A DNA stretch of 64,000 nucleotides from Flavobacteriales bacterium (GCA_027312065.1 DAICXR010000004.1:15756-79755), one strand, 5' to 3'. Counted from the first letter of the stretch, positions 9,121 through 19,452 are shown. Made by a program: numbers and translations. Notes: generated from the letters alone by a model not told the origin.

Positions 9121-10446
9121 ATGTATAGATTGTTTATAGTGTTGATTTTCGGGATTATACTCACTTCGTGTGATTCTGATGTAGATGCGGGAGAATTTGT
9201 AGTGGGTTCAGATAATTTAGCTGTGAATAATAAGGTTATATTAGTTGACACCGCTACTGTTGAGGTTTCAACAATTAATTTTGATTCCTTAGTGACTTCG
9301 GGACAAAGTCGTATTCTTTTAGGGAATTATGATGATCCTATTTTTGGAAAAGTAAGTTCGGATAGTTATTTCCAACTTTCATCGTCTAGCTACAATTTGC
9401 AAACCACCAGTTCTGATACTGAAGGGGCTAATTATGTTTTTGATTCCATTAGAATGGTTTTAATACCAGATAAATATTATTATGGTGATACTACTAAAGT
9501 GCAGTCGGTAAGCATTCATCGGTTGTTGCAAAAGGTAAAATCGGATTCTGATGAGGATACTAATTTTTATAATAATTCGACCTTGAATTATGATGCTGTA
9601 AGTTTAGGTTCGGCTGCTTTTACTCCTAAACCACTCCATCAGGATACTGTTTTTGTTAAGATGGATAATACTTTTGGTGAAGCCCTTTTTCAAAAATTAA
9701 AAAAACGGGAAATTACTACCCAGGATGAGTTTATAGAATATTTTAAAGGTTTGGTTATTCGATCCACAGCTACCAATACTTCTTGTGTTATGGGATTTAA
9801 GGTCACGAGTATGTTACAATTGTATTATTCGAAACAAGTAACCGATTCAGAAACATCCATTTTAAAGGAATTTACAATTGATGATGTTTCAAAGCAATTT
9901 AATAGAATTTCATTAGATAGAACAGGAACTGTTTTGAAAGATTTGCCTGGAACTACCGGACGATTGTCGAGTAATTTAACCGAAAATAAATCTTTTATTC
10001 AATCAGGAACTGGATTAGCCTGTAGGATTGATTTTCCTAATATTAAAGAACTAAAATACATTACCGAAAAAGGGGCAATTGTAGATGCCCAATTAATTAT
10101 TAGACCAGTAAATAATACTTATTCTAAGAGTTTTCCGCTTGCTGATTCTTTAAATGTGTATGTTGCCGATCAGTTAAATAGGATATCAACAACACTTAAT
10201 TCGGCATCAGGATCTCCTATTTATGCAGTGCTTAATAAGACCGAAGACGAATTTGATGAAAACATTGGTTATAGTATTCCACTAGGGACTTTTATGCAAA
10301 ATGAAATGGTAAAAACTTCCGATTCTAAGTTGGCTTTGATTCTTACTATTCCAAATATTTCAAACGCAGTGAATCGTTTGGTGTTAGGAAACCAAAAAAA
10401 TACAGGGAACAAAATTCAATTGAAAATATATTATATCTCTTATTAG
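9121..10446 (+). CDS. DUF4270-like lipoprotein
   Basis: Start moved to the ATG at 9121, giving MYRLFIVLIFGIILTSC-DSD (lipobox). Family assignment is from memory of the Bacteroidota DUF4270 N-terminus (TINFDSL...ILLGNYDDPIFGK). Confidence 0.6.
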   Translation: MYRLFIVLIFGIILTSCDSDVDAGEFVVGSDNLAVNNKVILVDTATVEVSTINFDSLVTSGQSRILLGNYDDPIFGKVSSDSYFQLSSSSYNLQTTSSDTEGANYVFDSIRMVLIPDKYYYGDTTKVQSVSIHRLLQKVKSDSDEDTNFYNNSTLNYDAVSLGSAAFTPKPLHQDTVFVKMDNTFGEALFQKLKKREITTQDEFIEYFKGLVIRSTATNTSCVMGFKVTSMLQLYYSKQVTDSETSILKEFTIDDVSKQFNRISLDRTGTVLKDLPGTTGRLSSNLTENKSFIQSGTGLACRIDFPNIKELKYITEKGAIVDAQLIIRPVNNTYSKSFPLADSLNVYVADQLNRISTTLNSASGSPIYAVLNKTEDEFDENIGYSIPLGTFMQNEMVKTSDSKLALILTIPNISNAVNRLVLGNQKNTGNKIQLKIYYISY

Positions 10447-11688
10447 ATGAAAAATACAATCGCAATATTAAGTTTCTTGATTTTTGTTTCCGGGAATTCT
10501 TATTCGCAAAGTTTATCGAGTTCTCCTTATTCTATTTATGGTTTAGGGAGTTTGTACGAATCTGATTTTGGTGGCATTCCAGCTATAGGTTCTTCGGGTG
10601 TTGCTTTGCCTTCTACTCGGTTTATTAATAATTTGAATCCGGCTTCTTTGGGATTTATGTATAACAATCATTTTTTGTTTGATGTAGGAGGAAATGCTAT
10701 TCAAACTTCTTATCAAAATGTATCCCGAAATGAAAACCGAAATAATGTGCAATTCTCTCACATTGCTTTTGCTTTTCCATTGAGTGCTAAATCAGCAGTT
10801 AGTCTTGCTTTAAAACCCTATTCTAGTGCCGGTTTTAAAATTTCAGATTATAAATTGCCTATTCATGATAGTAATGAAGAATATACATTGAGTGCCACTG
10901 GTACCGGTGGTTTGAATAATTTTGATATTTCGTATGGCTATCGAATAGGGAAGAAGTTATCCTTAGGTTTGTCTACTTCGATACTTTTTGGAAGTACAAA
11001 GGATGCAAGGGAATATATAATTTCAAATTCGGTGACTACTATTGATAAGAAGTCATCTTACAGTGGTGCTCGATTGAATTTAGGAAGTCAATTTAAAATA
11101 GATTCTACTTTTACAATTGGTGCCAATTTAAAATCGCCATCAAAGGTTAATGCCACTAAAGTACAGTCGGTAATAACCTATAACGCCGATTTAGATGCTT
11201 CTAATACAGTAGAATCTGAGGCGTCTTCAGATACGGATGATTATTATTTGCCATTCGAATTTTCGGTGGGATTAAATAAACAATTTAAGAATAATTTGAG
11301 CGTGAGTGCCGATTATGAAAAGGCTTTTTGGGAAGGAACCAAACAAGCTGATTTGTATGGTAGTTACTTAAATCAGGAAAAATTTAAATTGGGATTTTCG
11401 TATCGAAAAGAAAAAAATATAAGGAGTTATTTTGATCGCGTTCAATTTTCAACGGGACTGAATTATGATAGCGGTTTCCTAGAAATAGATGATAAAAGAA
11501 TAATTAATAAATCTGTTTCTTTTGGTCTTTCGTTGCCTATCGATAATACTTTTTCAATGCTTAATATTTCCTATTCTTATGGGCAAAGAGGCAGAATAAG
11601 CAACGGATTGATTAAAGAGAATTACCACAAGTTATCGCTTAATTTGTCTTTGGACGGAATTTGGTTTGTAAAGAGAAAAATCGATTAA
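10447..11688 (+). CDS. Outer-membrane beta-barrel protein (porin/FadL-like, uncharacterised)
   Basis: 413 aa with signal peptide ...SGNSYSQ and an SPYSIYGLG N-terminal motif. The ATG directly follows the upstream TAG. Confidence 0.55.
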   Translation: MKNTIAILSFLIFVSGNSYSQSLSSSPYSIYGLGSLYESDFGGIPAIGSSGVALPSTRFINNLNPASLGFMYNNHFLFDVGGNAIQTSYQNVSRNENRNNVQFSHIAFAFPLSAKSAVSLALKPYSSAGFKISDYKLPIHDSNEEYTLSATGTGGLNNFDISYGYRIGKKLSLGLSTSILFGSTKDAREYIISNSVTTIDKKSSYSGARLNLGSQFKIDSTFTIGANLKSPSKVNATKVQSVITYNADLDASNTVESEASSDTDDYYLPFEFSVGLNKQFKNNLSVSADYEKAFWEGTKQADLYGSYLNQEKFKLGFSYRKEKNIRSYFDRVQFSTGLNYDSGFLEIDDKRIINKSVSFGLSLPIDNTFSMLNISYSYGQRGRISNGLIKENYHKLSLNLSLDGIWFVKRKID

Positions 11689-11689
11689 T

Positions 11690-12463
11690 TTAAAAATCTT
11701 TTTCTTGTACTGCATAGGTGCTTCCTAAAATAGTTTGTAAAACTTTAGGATTAGTATTCGTGTAAAAAATGGGCTTGTTGTTGTTATCAGAATTAAAGCC
11801 GATTTCGTTTAATAGATTTTGCGTTTGTCTTGCCACGGCCAAACCAGAATCGATTATCTGGATGTGATCGGGGATAATTTTTCTTATTTGAGGGATAAGA
11901 TATGGATAATGACTACAGCCCAGTACAAGAAAATCAATATTAGCATCAATCATGGGATTAAGGTAGGAGTGGAGCAATTGAGTCATTTCAGGAGATTCCA
12001 TTTGCCCATTTTCGATTAATTCTACAAGTCCATAACCTATTTGTTCTATAATTTTAGTGTGATAGAACATTTCGGTGGTTTTGTTAAACAGCTCACTATT
12101 TAAAGTTCCTTTAGTAGCTAGGATACCTATAACTTGTGTTTTTGAGTGTATTGCAGCGGGTTTTATAGCTGGTTCTATACCAATGAAAGGAACGTCATAA
12201 TGCGCTCTTAATTCTCTTATAGCATTAGTTGTTGCAGTGTTGCAGGCTACAACAATCAATTTGCAATTCATACTAAGCAGAAAATCGGTGTTTTTCATGC
12301 TTAATCGAATGATTTCTTCTTTGGATTTTTCTCCATAAGGAGCATTTTTGCTGTCGGCTAGATAAATGGTTTTTTCATTAGGTAAAAGATTATGAATCTC
12401 TTTCCATATTGAAGTTCCTCCTATACCAGAGTCAAAAATGCCTATAGGTTGTTTGTTGTCCAT
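11690..12463 (-). CDS. murI: Glutamate racemase
   Basis: 257 aa with motifs IFDSGIGG, VVACNTATT and LGCSHYPYL. Confidence 0.92.
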   Translation of the reverse strand: MDNKQPIGIFDSGIGGTSIWKEIHNLLPNEKTIYLADSKNAPYGEKSKEEIIRLSMKNTDFLLSMNCKLIVVACNTATTNAIRELRAHYDVPFIGIEPAIKPAAIHSKTQVIGILATKGTLNSELFNKTTEMFYHTKIIEQIGYGLVELIENGQMESPEMTQLLHSYLNPMIDANIDFLVLGCSHYPYLIPQIRKIIPDHIQIIDSGLAVARQTQNLLNEIGFNSDNNNKPIFYTNTNPKVLQTILGSTYAVQEKDF

Positions 12464-12511
12464 TGAAACAAATTTAAGCGGTAAGAATTAATTTTCCTAA
12501 AAATTTAGCTA

Positions 12512-12556
12512 TAAAAAAACCGCTCGATTCTGTGTAGAAAAAAGAGCGGTTTTTTG
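12512..12556 (-). terminator. Rho-independent terminator downstream of ompH
   Basis: Hairpin CCGCTC...GAGCGG flanked by A and T runs. On the minus strand the hairpin is followed by a T-run. Confidence 0.7.
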
Positions 12557-12574
12557 ATTTTTTACTTTTGAATA

Positions 12575-13075
12575 TTAGAATCCTAAGTCTTTTTTAACGT
12601 CAGCTGTTATGTTTGGACCATCAGCTAATAAAAGAGAAGTACCATCTAAGATGTATTGGAATCCTTTAGCTTTTCCAACTTTTTGGATAGAAGCTCTTAC
12701 TTTTTCCATTAATGGTTTTACAATATCAGATTCTTTTTGTTGTAATTCTTTTTGAGCGTTATCTCTAAAGTCAGTAATTCTTTTTTGCATGTCTTGAACT
12801 TCTTTTCCGCGTTCTCCATTTACAGCATCAGTTACTGTAGCAGATTCAGCTTCGTATTTTTTCAATTTTGCCTGATACTCTTCAATCATTTTTTTGTAAT
12901 CGGCATCGTATGTAGTGCTTAATTTTTCTAATTGGCTTTGAGCATCTAGCATAGCTGGCATTTTAGCCATAATTTCACTTACATCTACATGGGCTACCTT
13001 TGCTTGTGCATTGATGGTTTGATTTGCTCCAAAAACGAATAGAGCGGCAATTAATAAAGTTTTAATTTGTTTCAT
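12575..13075 (-). CDS. OmpH/Skp-family periplasmic chaperone
   Basis: 166 aa with a signal peptide, a KVAHVDVSEIM start and a long coiled-coil region. Sits in the conserved position downstream of bamA. Confidence 0.85.
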   Translation of the reverse strand: MKQIKTLLIAALFVFGANQTINAQAKVAHVDVSEIMAKMPAMLDAQSQLEKLSTTYDADYKKMIEEYQAKLKKYEAESATVTDAVNGERGKEVQDMQKRITDFRDNAQKELQQKESDIVKPLMEKVRASIQKVGKAKGFQYILDGTSLLLADGPNITADVKKDLGF

Positions 13076-13101
13076 TGGTTTTAAAATATTAAGTAATTAA
13101 T

Positions 13102-14307
13102 TTATTGTTTTAATTTTTCTTCTCTAGCAGTTTTGATAGAGTCTCGTTGTTGAATAATTTTTAATCTTCTTTCTTCTAAGGCCTTTTTACGGTCTTCAAT
13201 AATTTTGTTTCTTTCTTCAAGAGCTTTTGCTTTAGCATCGGCAGCTTTTTGTTTCGCTAAATCCGCATCAGATAAAGTTGTGTCTGTTGCAACTTTTTCT
13301 ACTTCTGTTTTCTTAGCTGTTTCAGGAACGCTGCTTGCTTTTTTAGCAGCTGCTGCAGCAGCTCTGTCATCCAGAATTTTTTGTCTTCTTTCTTCTAATT
13401 CTTTTTTACGATCTTCAATAATTTTGTTTCTGTCTTCAAGTGCTTTTGCTTTAGCGTCGGCAGCTTTTTGTTTGGCTAATTCCGTCTCGGAAGGAGTGTC
13501 ATCAGTTGCAACTTTTTGAACCTCTGTTTTAGCTGTTTCAGAAACCGTGCCATTTTTTTTAGCGGCTCTATCGTCTAGAATTTTTTGTCTGCGTTCTTCG
13601 TACTCTTTTTTCTTTTGTTCTGTAGCTAATTTTCTATCGGCTAATATTTTATCTCTGGCTGCTTTTCTTTCGTCCAGTACTTTTTGTCTTTCGGCAAGTT
13701 CTGGATTACTATCTATAGCATCTTCTTTGCTTTCTTTTTCTTGTTCAGCAGCTAATTCTTTTTTGCTTAGCTGTTCTCTTTTCTCGGTACGATTGATTAC
13801 TCTTAATACCTGATCGCTAATATCAAAACGTTTGTCAGCAAAAAGCAGTGTTAAATCAGATGATTTGTCAAAAATAAAATCATATTTTTTTGCTTCGGCA
13901 ATATCTTGAACTGCTGTAAAAACTTGGTCTTGGATAGGTTTTACTAATAATGCTTTTTGACTCATTAATAAACCATTTGGACCAAATCTCTTTTGTTGTA
14001 AATCCAATAATTCATTTTCAAGAAAAGTAATTTCGGTTTCGCGTTCTTCTATCAATGCTTTTGTTAGAAGAGGTTTCTCGGCCGTAAGCGCTTGCTTGAT
14101 TTTGTTAATCTCTAATTTTTTAGATTCTATTTCCTGTTTCCATTTTTCGGCTTTTTCTTCCAGAAGTGTATTAGATTCATTGTAACTGCCTACATTTTGT
14201 AAAATGTATTCCATATCAATATAACCTACTCTGTTTCCTCGAGTTTGCGAATGAAGGCTGTTTATAGCAATCGTGGCTAAAAATAGAAATAAAAAATGTT
14301 TTCTCAT
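13102..14307 (-). CDS. OmpH/Skp-family protein with an extended, internally duplicated K/E/A-rich C-terminal region
   Basis: 401 aa. The N-terminal Skp-like part has VGYIDMEYILQNV. The C-terminal half contains two 68-73 aa tandem copies. Confidence 0.8.
   Translation of the reverse strand: MRKHFLFLFLATIAINSLHSQTRGNRVGYIDMEYILQNVGSYNESNTLLEEKAEKWKQEIESKKLEINKIKQALTAEKPLLTKALIEERETEITFLENELLDLQQKRFGPNGLLMSQKALLVKPIQDQVFTAVQDIAEAKKYDFIFDKSSDLTLLFADKRFDISDQVLRVINRTEKREQLSKKELAAEQEKESKEDAIDSNPELAERQKVLDERKAARDKILADRKLATEQKKKEYEERRQKILDDRAAKKNGTVSETAKTEVQKVATDDTPSETELAKQKAADAKAKALEDRNKIIEDRKKELEERRQKILDDRAAAAAAKKASSVPETAKKTEVEKVATDTTLSDADLAKQKAADAKAKALEERNKIIEDRKKALEERRLKIIQQRDSIKTAREEKLKQ
13165..13610 (-). 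repeat. In-frame tandem duplication inside the OmpH-like gene (units of 219 bp and about 204 bp, plus a partial third)
   Basis: TCTTCTTTCTTCTA recurs at 13165 and 13384. The following roughly 200 bp are near-identical, encoding ERRQKILDDRAA...AKQKAADAKAKALE[D/E]RNKIIEDRKK.LE. Confidence 0.85.
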
Positions 14308-14341
14308 AACTTAAAGTATTAGAAAATCAGTGACCAATTTT

Positions 14342-16966
14342 TTAGAATTGTTGTCCAATGATGAAATGAGTTTCCCAACCATTTGGTGTTGTTGTTCCTG
14401 GCAAGGCATCAAATCCGTGTCCAAAATCAATTCCTAATAATCCAAAGGCTGGCATAAATACTCTCAAACCAACACCCGCCGAACGTTTAAGATCAAACGG
14501 ATTGTAGCTTTTAAAATTATCAAAAGAACTACCCGCTTCTAAAAACGCTAATGCGTAAATGGATGCTGCTGCTTTCAATGTTATAGGATAACGCAATTCC
14601 ATAGAGAATTTATTGTATACCGTAGCTCCAATTTGTGATGTCAAAGAGTTATTAGGATAACCTCTCAGCTGAATAGTTTCTCTACCATCCATTGAGTAGT
14701 TTGCCATTCCGTCTCCACCTAAATAAAATCTTTCAAATGGTACTAGACCTCTTGATTGGTTGTATGCACCAAGAAATCCAAATTCAGTTAATGTTCTTAA
14801 CACAAATTTACCATAAACTTTGGTATACCAATCAGCTTTGAATTTAACTTTGTAATATTCTAACCAGTTAAATCTTTTCTGATCCACTTTTCCTTGGTCT
14901 ACAGCTGCTTCTTCTGCTGTACTAACTTTGTTTCCACTAGCATCTAAATAAGCTCCTTTTGGTATTGTAAGACCATTTACAGTTGTTGTTTCGGTAGCTT
15001 TTCTTTTGTAATCGTCTTGGTTTTTTAAATCTCCATAATCTACACCGTTGAATAATGAATAAGGAGGTGTAACTTTTGCTGAAAAACTAAATTCAGAACC
15101 GTAAGTAGGAAAAATAGGATTTACCCCTTTGTTGTTTCTTGTAAGTCCTATTGTGTATGCAAAGTTTCTTGAAGCACCGTTTCCAAATGTAAATAATCCA
15201 GTGTTGTAATTATTCAAATCATAATGTTGGTAACTGATAGATTGTGATAATACAAAGAAATCATCAGGAACAGTCAAACGTTTTGCAAGACCTACAGATA
15301 AGGTTAAGATGTTAAAACTTTTAGATTTATCTACATCAAAAGTAACAAAGTTGTTCAAGAATTGCTTACTGTACGATATAGAAGAACTAAATTGTACTGG
15401 TTTTTTTTGTCCAAACCAAGGCTCAGAGAACGAAACACTATAAGTTTGGAAATACGTACTTCCTTGTAAACGCAAAGATACTTTTTGACCGTCTCCCATA
15501 GGTAATGGTTTGTAAGCTGCTTTGTTTGCAATATTTCTAGCCGAGAAGTTATTGAACGAAAGTCCTAATGTTCCAATGAAACCTCCTCCGCCATAACCTC
15601 CTTGAAGTTCAATTTGGCTAGAACCTTTTTCTACAAGGTTGTATTCAATATCTACTGTACCAGCAGCTCCATCAACATTTTTAAATTTAGGATCGATGGC
15701 CTCAGGATCAAAATAACCCAATTGTCCAATTTCACGAACTGTTCTTACTAATTCTTCCTTGCTGTATTTTTCTCCTGGTTTTGTTCTTAATTCTCTGTAG
15801 ATAACACGATCGTTAGTTTTGTCGTTTCCTACTACTGTAATGTGGTTAAAATAAGCCAAAGGACCTTCGGTTATTCTTATTTCGAAATCAATAGTGTCAT
15901 TAGCTGTTTTTACCTCTACTGCATTGATATTAGAGAATAAATAACCGTTGTTTTGGTATAAATTGGTAATATCTTCTCCGTCAGGTTTCGTTTTATCAGC
16001 AATTCTTTTTTCAAGTAAAACACCATTGTAAGTTTCTCCTTTTTTGATACCAATCATTCGATTCAAAAATTGGTCAGGATAAACAGAATTTCCTAAGAAT
16101 TTGATGTTTCCAAAGAAATATTTGTTTCCTTCTTCAACATTAACTTTAATGGCTAAAGTGTTCTTTTCTTTGTTGTAAGCTACAGTGTCCGAAACAATTC
16201 GCGCATCGCGATATCCTTTTTCTTTGTAGTTTTCAATTACTTTTTCTAAGTCTTCTTTGTATTTATCTTTGATAAATTTAGAAGCCTTAAGTACTCGAAT
16301 AGGATTTTTTTGTTTGGTGTTTTTCATAGCCTTACGCAAGCTTTTGTCAGAAAGTTTGCTATTGCCTACAAAATCAATACTGCTAATTTTTATCTTATCA
16401 CCTTTATCAACGCTAACTACCATATTAACTTGGTTTATAGCAGCAGTGTCTTTTACGGTATTGATGTTTACCTTAGTATTAAAGTAACCGTCTTTTTTGT
16501 ATTTATTTTCTATGTAGTTTTTAGTTGTAGTAATTAAGTTTTCGTTTACTACTTTTCCTTTTGTTAAGCTGTTGTCTTTAATTAAAGCTTCCGTTTTACC
16601 TTTCTTAACACCTACAAATTTTACATCATTCAATTTAGGAAGTTCTTTGATGTCTAAATCCAGATAAATGCTGTCGTTTTCAATACGATTTACGTAAAAA
16701 GCAATTTCATCAAAAAGGCCTAGTTTTCCTAGTTTTTTGATGGCCGAACTAATTTCTTCTCCTGGTACAGTAATTTCTTGCCCTTTTTGTAAGCCAGCAA
16801 AAGTTACTACAGTTTGATCGTTAAAACTGATTTTATTAGTCAATTCAACCTTAGCTAATATGTATTTTTTACCTTGGTCAAATGGTACTCTGTCTTGTGC
16901 CTTAATTTGTGAAAAACTTCCCAAAAATACTAGGGTAAGTAATGCTTTGATACTTTTATCCAACAC
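14342..16966 (-). CDS. bamA: Outer membrane protein assembly factor BamA
   Basis: POTRA repeats followed by an Omp85 barrel ending HFIIGQQF. The start is placed at GTG 16966 (or TTG 16963), giving signal peptide LDKSIKALLTLVFLGSFSQIKAQ just after the uppS stop. The 920-aa track ORF overlaps uppS by 131 nt. Confidence 0.9.
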   Translation of the reverse strand: MLDKSIKALLTLVFLGSFSQIKAQDRVPFDQGKKYILAKVELTNKISFNDQTVVTFAGLQKGQEITVPGEEISSAIKKLGKLGLFDEIAFYVNRIENDSIYLDLDIKELPKLNDVKFVGVKKGKTEALIKDNSLTKGKVVNENLITTTKNYIENKYKKDGYFNTKVNINTVKDTAAINQVNMVVSVDKGDKIKISSIDFVGNSKLSDKSLRKAMKNTKQKNPIRVLKASKFIKDKYKEDLEKVIENYKEKGYRDARIVSDTVAYNKEKNTLAIKVNVEEGNKYFFGNIKFLGNSVYPDQFLNRMIGIKKGETYNGVLLEKRIADKTKPDGEDITNLYQNNGYLFSNINAVEVKTANDTIDFEIRITEGPLAYFNHITVVGNDKTNDRVIYRELRTKPGEKYSKEELVRTVREIGQLGYFDPEAIDPKFKNVDGAAGTVDIEYNLVEKGSSQIELQGGYGGGGFIGTLGLSFNNFSARNIANKAAYKPLPMGDGQKVSLRLQGSTYFQTYSVSFSEPWFGQKKPVQFSSSISYSKQFLNNFVTFDVDKSKSFNILTLSVGLAKRLTVPDDFFVLSQSISYQHYDLNNYNTGLFTFGNGASRNFAYTIGLTRNNKGVNPIFPTYGSEFSFSAKVTPPYSLFNGVDYGDLKNQDDYKRKATETTTVNGLTIPKGAYLDASGNKVSTAEEAAVDQGKVDQKRFNWLEYYKVKFKADWYTKVYGKFVLRTLTEFGFLGAYNQSRGLVPFERFYLGGDGMANYSMDGRETIQLRGYPNNSLTSQIGATVYNKFSMELRYPITLKAAASIYALAFLEAGSSFDNFKSYNPFDLKRSAGVGLRVFMPAFGLLGIDFGHGFDALPGTTTPNGWETHFIIGQQF

Positions 16967-16973
16967 TAAAAAA

Positions 16974-17714
16974 TTATTTAATTTGTTCACTTGTTTTTCC
17001 AAATCTACGTTCTCTTTTTTGATAACTAATAAGCGCCTCATAAAGGTGCTCTTCTCTGAAGTCAGGCCACATAACTTCAGAAAAAAATAATTCAGCATAA
17101 GCAATTTGCCAAAGTAAGAAATTGCTTATTCTGTGTTCTCCACTTGTTCTGATTAATAAATCTACATCAGGTAAATTTTGCGTGTAAAGATGCTCATTTA
17201 TAATTGAATCGTCAATAGCGTCTATTGAAATTATATTATTTTTAACTTTATCAGAAATCTTCTTTACTGCACTCACTATTTCTTCTCTAGAACCATAGCT
17301 GAGGGCTAATGTTAAGGTCATTCGAGAATTATTCTTTGTTTTCTCAATTACTTCTAGGAGTTCTTTTTGAGCTGACTTGGGCATGAGTTCGATATTTCCT
17401 ATAGCGTTGAGTTTAATATTGTTATTTTGTAAAGTAACTAATTCTTTTTGCAAAGATTTAATCAATAACTTCATTAAGGTTTCTACTTCCAGTTTAGGAC
17501 GATTCCAGTTTTCGGTAGAAAAAGCATATAAGGTAAGGTTTTCGATTCCTAATTTGGCACAATTCTCTATAGTAATTCGCACCGATTTTGTGCCGTTTTC
17601 ATGGCCTATGGCTCTAATTAAACCTTGTTGTTTAGCCCATCTGCCATTACCGTCCATGATAATGGCCAAATGTTTAGGTAAGTTGTTCTTATTTATAGTA
17701 TCTAGTACGCTCAT
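16974..17714 (-). CDS. uppS: Isoprenyl transferase (undecaprenyl diphosphate synthase)
   Basis: 246 aa with motifs IIMDGNGRWA, FSTENWNRP and IRTSGEHRISNFLLWQ. Confidence 0.95.
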   Translation of the reverse strand: MSVLDTINKNNLPKHLAIIMDGNGRWAKQQGLIRAIGHENGTKSVRITIENCAKLGIENLTLYAFSTENWNRPKLEVETLMKLLIKSLQKELVTLQNNNIKLNAIGNIELMPKSAQKELLEVIEKTKNNSRMTLTLALSYGSREEIVSAVKKISDKVKNNIISIDAIDDSIINEHLYTQNLPDVDLLIRTSGEHRISNFLLWQIAYAELFFSEVMWPDFREEHLYEALISYQKRERRFGKTSEQIK

Positions 17715-17717
17715 TTT

Positions 17718-18407
17718 TTATTCTGCACAGTAGCAAGGTTTTTCGCCAAAGGTATAGGTTAATGTTATACCAGAGAAGACATACCAATCATTATTATTTA
17801 AATTTCCAAATCGCAAGGCGCTTAAACTTTCTTCTTTAGAATTACTTCCGTCAAGATTGTCCGTAAATGCGTAGCGAGCTCCCACCTCGGCTGCTAAAAC
17901 AAGTCTTCTAGAAATATTTGATTTTATTCCTACAATCATTGGTATAGCAATGGAGTTTTTACCTTTGTTTTTCTTGGTTTCTCCTAATTCGACATACAAA
18001 TCATCATACCTTAAAAAATTGATTCCAGAGGTCACATAAGGTGTGATTTTATGGTCTAAAGTATGAAGATTGAAATCAAAAAAGTTGAATTCAAGGGCTA
18101 AAGATAGTTCTTTTATGCTATTTTCAAAATGATAGCCTCTCAGACTTCTACTTGCTTCTTCCGAATCCAGGTCGTTAGCACTAATAGTAGACTGAGTATA
18201 GCCTATTCTCCAAGCATGTCTAGGACTCTTATTCCATTTGTATAAAATACCAAAAGCAGGCTCATTTGGAGCAATATAAGTGGTTTGTCCTACGTCGCCA
18301 ATATAATTACTGCCGCCCAGAAAAACTCCTATTTCGTGTATTTGAGCTTGTAGGCTTATGCCAAAAAAGAAACAGACTATTGTGCTTAAAAATTTTTTCA
18401 TTTTCAT
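17718..18407 (-). CDS. Outer-membrane beta-barrel protein (DUF6089-like)
   Basis: Start trimmed to MKMKKFLSTIVCFFFGISLQAQ. The C-terminus is EKPCYCAE. Lies in the conserved position between nadK and uppS. Confidence 0.6.
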   Translation of the reverse strand: MKMKKFLSTIVCFFFGISLQAQIHEIGVFLGGSNYIGDVGQTTYIAPNEPAFGILYKWNKSPRHAWRIGYTQSTISANDLDSEEASRSLRGYHFENSIKELSLALEFNFFDFNLHTLDHKITPYVTSGINFLRYDDLYVELGETKKNKGKNSIAIPMIVGIKSNISRRLVLAAEVGARYAFTDNLDGSNSKEESLSALRFGNLNNNDWYVFSGITLTYTFGEKPCYCAE

Positions 18408-18567
18408 AGAAAATTGCTTGCAAATATAATAATTATCAATACTAATCAATGCCCATTAAAATAAATGTGCTTTTTTTTGAAAAAACATTCGATTTATTCT
18501 AATGAGGATCTGTTTTACTTAAACGAGAAAGTTAGATTGTATTGTATAAATTAGAGTTTAAAAAAGA

Positions 18568-19452
18568 TTAATTTCTTTTGTCTTCTCCCCACAGCAATTT
18601 GCTTCTTAATGTTTTTAAGAAAGTTTCGTTAGGTATTTCGACCATGTTGATCTGAAAAGGCGTTTTCTTAATAGTTAGCACCGATTCGTTTCCAACCGAA
18701 GTAATTCGGGAATCTAATGAAACCAGATAGTTTTCTTCTCTTCCGGAAACTTTTAACATGATTTCTGTTTCGTCAGGGATTACAAGTGGTCTGGCGTTAA
18801 GGTTATGAGGCGCAATAGGTGTTATTACTAAACTTTTTACGTCGGGAGTCAAAATAGGACCACCACAACTTAAAGAATATCCTGTAGAACCTGTTGGCGT
18901 CGAAATAATAAGCCCATCAGCCCAATACGAATTTAAAATCTCTCCGTTCAAATAGGTTTCGATGGTAATCATCGAAGTGGTATCTTTTCGGCTTACCGAA
19001 ACTTCATTCATGGCAAAATTGATATCGTTTAAAGCTTCGTTTTCTGGAGTAGAAGTCAAACTTAAAAGCGTTCGTTTAGAAAGCGTGTATTTTTTATCAA
19101 TAACAACTTGTAAAAATTTGTCAATGTTCTCTTTTTGTACCGTAGCCAGAAAACCCAGTCTGCCTGCATTAATACCTAAAATAGGAATGCCTGAATCCCG
19201 AACTAAGGTTGCGGCTCTTAAAATGGTTCCGTCTCCGCCAATGCTTAAAAGCATGTCAAAGCTAGAGTCTAATTCAGTGTGGGATGAAAAGGTTTTATAT
19301 TCCTTTTCGATTATTTTTTTTTCTTGGATTAAGGCTAAAAAATGGGATTCGATGACAATTTCGATGTTGTTTTTATTGAAAAACTGAAAGATGTCTTTTA
19401 TAATTGGTTCTGTACTATTTTGATAATATTGACCGTAAATGGCTATTTTCAT
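18568..19452 (-). CDS. nadK: NAD kinase
   Basis: 294 aa with motifs SIGGDGTILRA, NAGRLGFL and STPTGSTGYSLSCGGPI. Confidence 0.92.
   Translation of the reverse strand: MKIAIYGQYYQNSTEPIIKDIFQFFNKNNIEIVIESHFLALIQEKKIIEKEYKTFSSHTELDSSFDMLLSIGGDGTILRAATLVRDSGIPILGINAGRLGFLATVQKENIDKFLQVVIDKKYTLSKRTLLSLTSTPENEALNDINFAMNEVSVSRKDTTSMITIETYLNGEILNSYWADGLIISTPTGSTGYSLSCGGPILTPDVKSLVITPIAPHNLNARPLVIPDETEIMLKVSGREENYLVSLDSRITSVGNESVLTIKKTPFQINMVEIPNETFLKTLRSKLLWGEDKRN

Noticed and set aside
8925-9251. 108-aa minus-strand ORF, and the 20-codon N-terminal extension (9061-9120) of the DUF4270-like ORF.
   Set aside because: No recognisable features. The lipoprotein signal begins at ATG 9121, and the minus ORF overlaps it antisense.
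13205-13813. Two + strand ORFs (104 and 88 aa) inside the OmpH-like gene.
   Set aside because: They are antisense shadows of a K/E/A-rich coding repeat, with S/A/F/L-rich low-complexity products. The minus-strand product has a signal peptide and a Skp-like domain.
14342-17104. The 920-aa version of BamA starting at 17104.
   Set aside because: The extension overlaps uppS by 131 nt and places about 45 non-signal residues ahead of an obvious signal peptide. A GTG/TTG start at 16966/16963, just after the uppS stop, fits better.
17377-19387. Long antisense ORFs (118 aa opposite uppS, 141 aa opposite nadK).
   Set aside because: The opposite-strand proteins carry unmistakable enzyme motifs. These ORFs have none and a hydrophobic, low-complexity composition.
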